Part shown: positions 61,411 to 64,000 of the stretch, in pieces | Numbering within the stretch: position 1 is the first letter of the stretch | Layout of the letters: each line of letters begins with the position of its first letter | NCBI GenBank assembly: GCA_963769935.1 | Contig: CAVYNY010000035.1 | Location: 32,001 to 96,000, forward strand | Reading direction: 5' to 3' | Length of the DNA: 64,000 nt | From: an uncultured delta proteobacterium | GTDB lineage: Bacteria > Desulfobacterota > Desulfobacteria > Desulfobacterales > JAFDCJ01 | Notes under the pieces: model-generated | The model's database searches: none | What the model was told of the DNA's origin: nothing | The model's input: only the letters and a program-made list of their open reading frames with translations | Position numbers and translations under genes: made by a program

Positions 61411-62763
61411 ATGACCAACAAACGGACTTTCATTATTGTCGCGGTGTGTTTCTTTGTAGCGATCATGACAATTTCTTCCGCCGCCGCTTTCGACTGGCAA
61501 AAATACAACGGAACCAGCATAAAGCTTCTGTTGAACAAACATCCATACACCGACGCTTTGCTTGCGCATCTGGATGAATTCACCGCCAAAACCGGGATCA
61601 AGGTCACCTACGATGTCTTTCCGGAAGACGAATACTTTGACAAGGTGACCATTTCTCTATCCAGCAAGTCGCCCGAATACTCGATTTTCATGACCGGCGC
61701 CTATCAGGTCTGGCAGTACGCACCGCCGGGCTACATGGAAGACCTGCGGCCCTATATGCAAAGCATGGAAAAAACCAATCCGGACTGGGACCAGGCGGAT
61801 ATATACGAAAACCTCTTATCCTCGTTGGCTTGGAATCTCAAGCCGGGTGCCCCTCTGGGCACTCCTGACGCAAAGCAATGGGCGCTGCCCTGGGGATTCG
61901 AAACCAACACCTTGATTTACCGCAAGGACATTTTCGATAAACACGGTCTGAAGCCGCCCAAAGACCTCCCGGCCCTGCTCGAGGTTTGTGCGAAGCTCCA
62001 AAAACTTGAACCCGATATGTATCCGATTGCCGTGCGGGGGACCCGTTCATGGGCTACGATTCATCCCGGTTTTCTGTCCTGTTACAACGGGTATGGCGCC
62101 AAGGATTACAATCCATTCCCCAAACCGGCCATGAATTCTCCGCAGGCCGTTAAGATGACCAAGCTCTGGATGGAAATGGTCAAGAAATATGGTCCCAAGG
62201 CGTGGACGTCTTATATCTGGTACGAAGTCGGAAATGACCTGGGCCAAGGGCGCGCCGTCATGATCTATGATGCGGACATTCTCGGCTATTTTCAAGATCA
62301 ACCCGGGGCATCCAAGGCCTCCGGCAAGCTGGCCTGGGCGCCCGGCCCGGGTGCCCCCGGAGCCAAACCTGCTCCGAACATGTGGATTTGGTCCCTCGGA
62401 ATGAATGCCGCCTCGCAAACAAAGGACGCGGCGTGGTATTTTCTGCAATGGGCAACCGGCAAAGACTTCTTGTTGAAGGCGGTCAGGGGCAAATTTTCAC
62501 TGGTGGATCCGATCCGCAAGTCAGTCTGGGCCGATGCCGAGTTCCAGAAAAAGCTTGAAGATTTTACGGATTACTATAAAACTTTCCAGGAGATCATTCC
62601 AACCTGCAAGGTTTACTTTACACCCCAGCCGTTATTCTTTGAGACGACGACGGAATGGGCGGCAACCCTGCAGGAAATCTACAACGGCAAAGATACGAAA
62701 AAAGCTTTGGATGAACTTGTTAACAAGCTGACCAGAACTCTCAAGCGGGCCGGCTATCGTTAA
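61411..62763 (+). CDS. Carbohydrate ABC transporter substrate-binding protein (CUT1)
   Basis: Signal peptide, EFTAKTGIKV, ALPWGFET, YRKDIF, AWYFLQWATG. Confidence 0.9.
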   Translation: MTNKRTFIIVAVCFFVAIMTISSAAAFDWQKYNGTSIKLLLNKHPYTDALLAHLDEFTAKTGIKVTYDVFPEDEYFDKVTISLSSKSPEYSIFMTGAYQVWQYAPPGYMEDLRPYMQSMEKTNPDWDQADIYENLLSSLAWNLKPGAPLGTPDAKQWALPWGFETNTLIYRKDIFDKHGLKPPKDLPALLEVCAKLQKLEPDMYPIAVRGTRSWATIHPGFLSCYNGYGAKDYNPFPKPAMNSPQAVKMTKLWMEMVKKYGPKAWTSYIWYEVGNDLGQGRAVMIYDADILGYFQDQPGASKASGKLAWAPGPGAPGAKPAPNMWIWSLGMNAASQTKDAAWYFLQWATGKDFLLKAVRGKFSLVDPIRKSVWADAEFQKKLEDFTDYYKTFQEIIPTCKVYFTPQPLFFETTTEWAATLQEIYNGKDTKKALDELVNKLTRTLKRAGYR

Positions 62764-62796
62764 CAGGCCTGGAGATTCCATGGCCAGGGGTTGTAA

Positions 62797-62832
62797 GCCG
62801 CGGCGTTTTGGGATGCCGCAGAACGCCGCGGC
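62797..62832 (+). promoter_or_regulatory. GC-rich stem-loop between the binding-protein and permease genes (mRNA stabiliser or partial terminator)
   Basis: 14-bp stem GCCGCGGCGTTTTG / CAGAACGCCGCGGC with one G-U pair. Confidence 0.55.
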
Positions 62833-62881
62833 AACCGTTTTACAAGTGGACGAGACATCCAACCGAATATAAGGATCGCCT

Positions 62882-63841
62882 ATGGAGGCCATCGACAGAA
62901 GTCGCCAACCGCTTACGAGCGATGCGCCGGAAACGAAAAAGACGACGCAAGCGTCTGTCTCGAAAGGTGTCGCCAGCCGCAACAAGTATCTGCCCTATCT
63001 GATCATCATTCCGGCACTGGCCCTGACGCTGCCGGTTCTGGTCCCATTTTTTCAAAGCATCTACTATTCCATGACGACGTACTCCCTGACGAATCCAGTC
63101 AAGAATTTTGTCTGGTTTGAGAACTACGTCTGGCTTTTCACCGATCCTGATTTTTGGAATTCCGTCAGGGTAACCTTCGTATACGCCTTTACGACAGTCG
63201 GCATCGAACTGATTTTGGGGCTGATCATCGCACTGCTGCTCAATGAGGAAACGTTTTTGGCCAAGATTTTTCGGCCCCTGCTGCTGATGCCGTTGATGAT
63301 TGCTCCGATTATCGGTACGCTGATCTGGAAATTGATGATGAGCCCGGAATTCGGCGTTCTCAACTACTTTCTGTCATTCTTCGGCGCTCGTAATTTTCAG
63401 TGGGCCTCCGCCGAGAATACCGCCATGCTTTCCGTCGTATTAATCGATGTGTGGATGTTCACGCCGTTCATTGCACTGCTCCTTTTGGCCGGGCTGCGCT
63501 CCATGCCGCAGCCGCCGTTCGAGGCCGCCATGGTCGACGGTGCGTCGAGGTGGTTTATCTTCAGATACTTGACGATTCCCATGCTCATGCCGTTTATCAT
63601 CGTGGCCGTCGTCTTCCGGCTCATTGATTCATTGCGGCAATTCGACATCATCTTCGGCCTCACCAAAGGCGGGCCGGGGTCGACCCTCATGAACTTCCAG
63701 GTATCCGCGTATACAACGGCGTTCACCTACACGCAGATAGCCGACGGATCGGCTTTGATGATGATCAACTGGGTCATCATTTATGTCTTCAGCATGTTTC
63801 TTGTAAAATTCTGGCGCAAGAGCCAGGATCGTTTGTCCTGA
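62882..63841 (+). CDS. Carbohydrate ABC transporter permease (MalF-like)
   Basis: FVWFENY, PLMIAP, DVWMFTPF, EAA motif EAAMVDGAS. Confidence 0.92.
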   Translation: MEAIDRSRQPLTSDAPETKKTTQASVSKGVASRNKYLPYLIIIPALALTLPVLVPFFQSIYYSMTTYSLTNPVKNFVWFENYVWLFTDPDFWNSVRVTFVYAFTTVGIELILGLIIALLLNEETFLAKIFRPLLLMPLMIAPIIGTLIWKLMMSPEFGVLNYFLSFFGARNFQWASAENTAMLSVVLIDVWMFTPFIALLLLAGLRSMPQPPFEAAMVDGASRWFIFRYLTIPMLMPFIIVAVVFRLIDSLRQFDIIFGLTKGGPGSTLMNFQVSAYTTAFTYTQIADGSALMMINWVIIYVFSMFLVKFWRKSQDRLS

Positions 63842-63855
63842 TGGAGGATTGCCAA

Positions 63856-64000
63856 GTGATGCAAGCAAAGCCCAAATCTCGGCTCAAGACCGTTTTGCAC
63901 AAGACCATGGTGAATGTGCTGCTGCTGATATGTTTTGCCTTCCTGCTTTTTCCGGTCTTTTGGGTAACAACGATGGCTTTCAAGAGCCATGACGATATAT
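63856..64000 (+). CDS. Carbohydrate ABC transporter permease (MalG-like), partial
   Basis: GGAGG RBS; reads MQAKPKSRLKT...FAFLLFPVFWVTTMAFKSHDDI and is open to the window edge. Confidence 0.75.
   Translation, partial: MMQAKPKSRLKTVLHKTMVNVLLLICFAFLLFPVFWVTTMAFKSHDDI

Overview
Bacterial window of moderately high GC. The lineage is probably deltaproteobacterial (Desulfobacterota-like), inferred from protein style, selenocysteine use and intergenic repeat families; no marker gene is present. The first ~33 kb is a respiratory region: a caa3-type cytochrome c oxidase operon (running off the left edge), a ClC-CBS gene, a HAD hydrolase, a complete E. coli-type nuoA-N operon (fused NuoCD, with a CBS gene between nuoA and nuoB), a divergent cyoABCDE bo3 quinol oxidase operon and a kup gene. 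It ends in a three-gene cytochrome module: a periplasmic monoheme cytochrome c, a Cyc2-type cytochrome-porin fusion (iron-oxidase family) and an inner-membrane DUF2231-like/cytochrome c fusion. Next come membrane peptidases, a NarL-type two-component system, a USP and a second kup. A six-gene catabolic cluster follows (cupin, HpcH aldolase, 2-hydroxyacid dehydrogenase, divergent SucCD-like ligase, DSD1-family PLP enzyme), opposite an orphan PrdB-like selenoprotein (in-frame UGA in a UxxC motif plus a SECIS-like hairpin; the ORF track splits it in two). The remainder holds an Mdt-type RND pump, a class III cyclase-TPR protein, an AbrB-like membrane protein, acnA, a PilZ protein and the start of a sugar ABC operon. 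Intergenic spaces contain short-period repeats and nested non-autonomous elements. Seven +1 frameshifts in six genes look like sequencing errors. No rRNA, tRNA, CRISPR array or transposase gene was seen.
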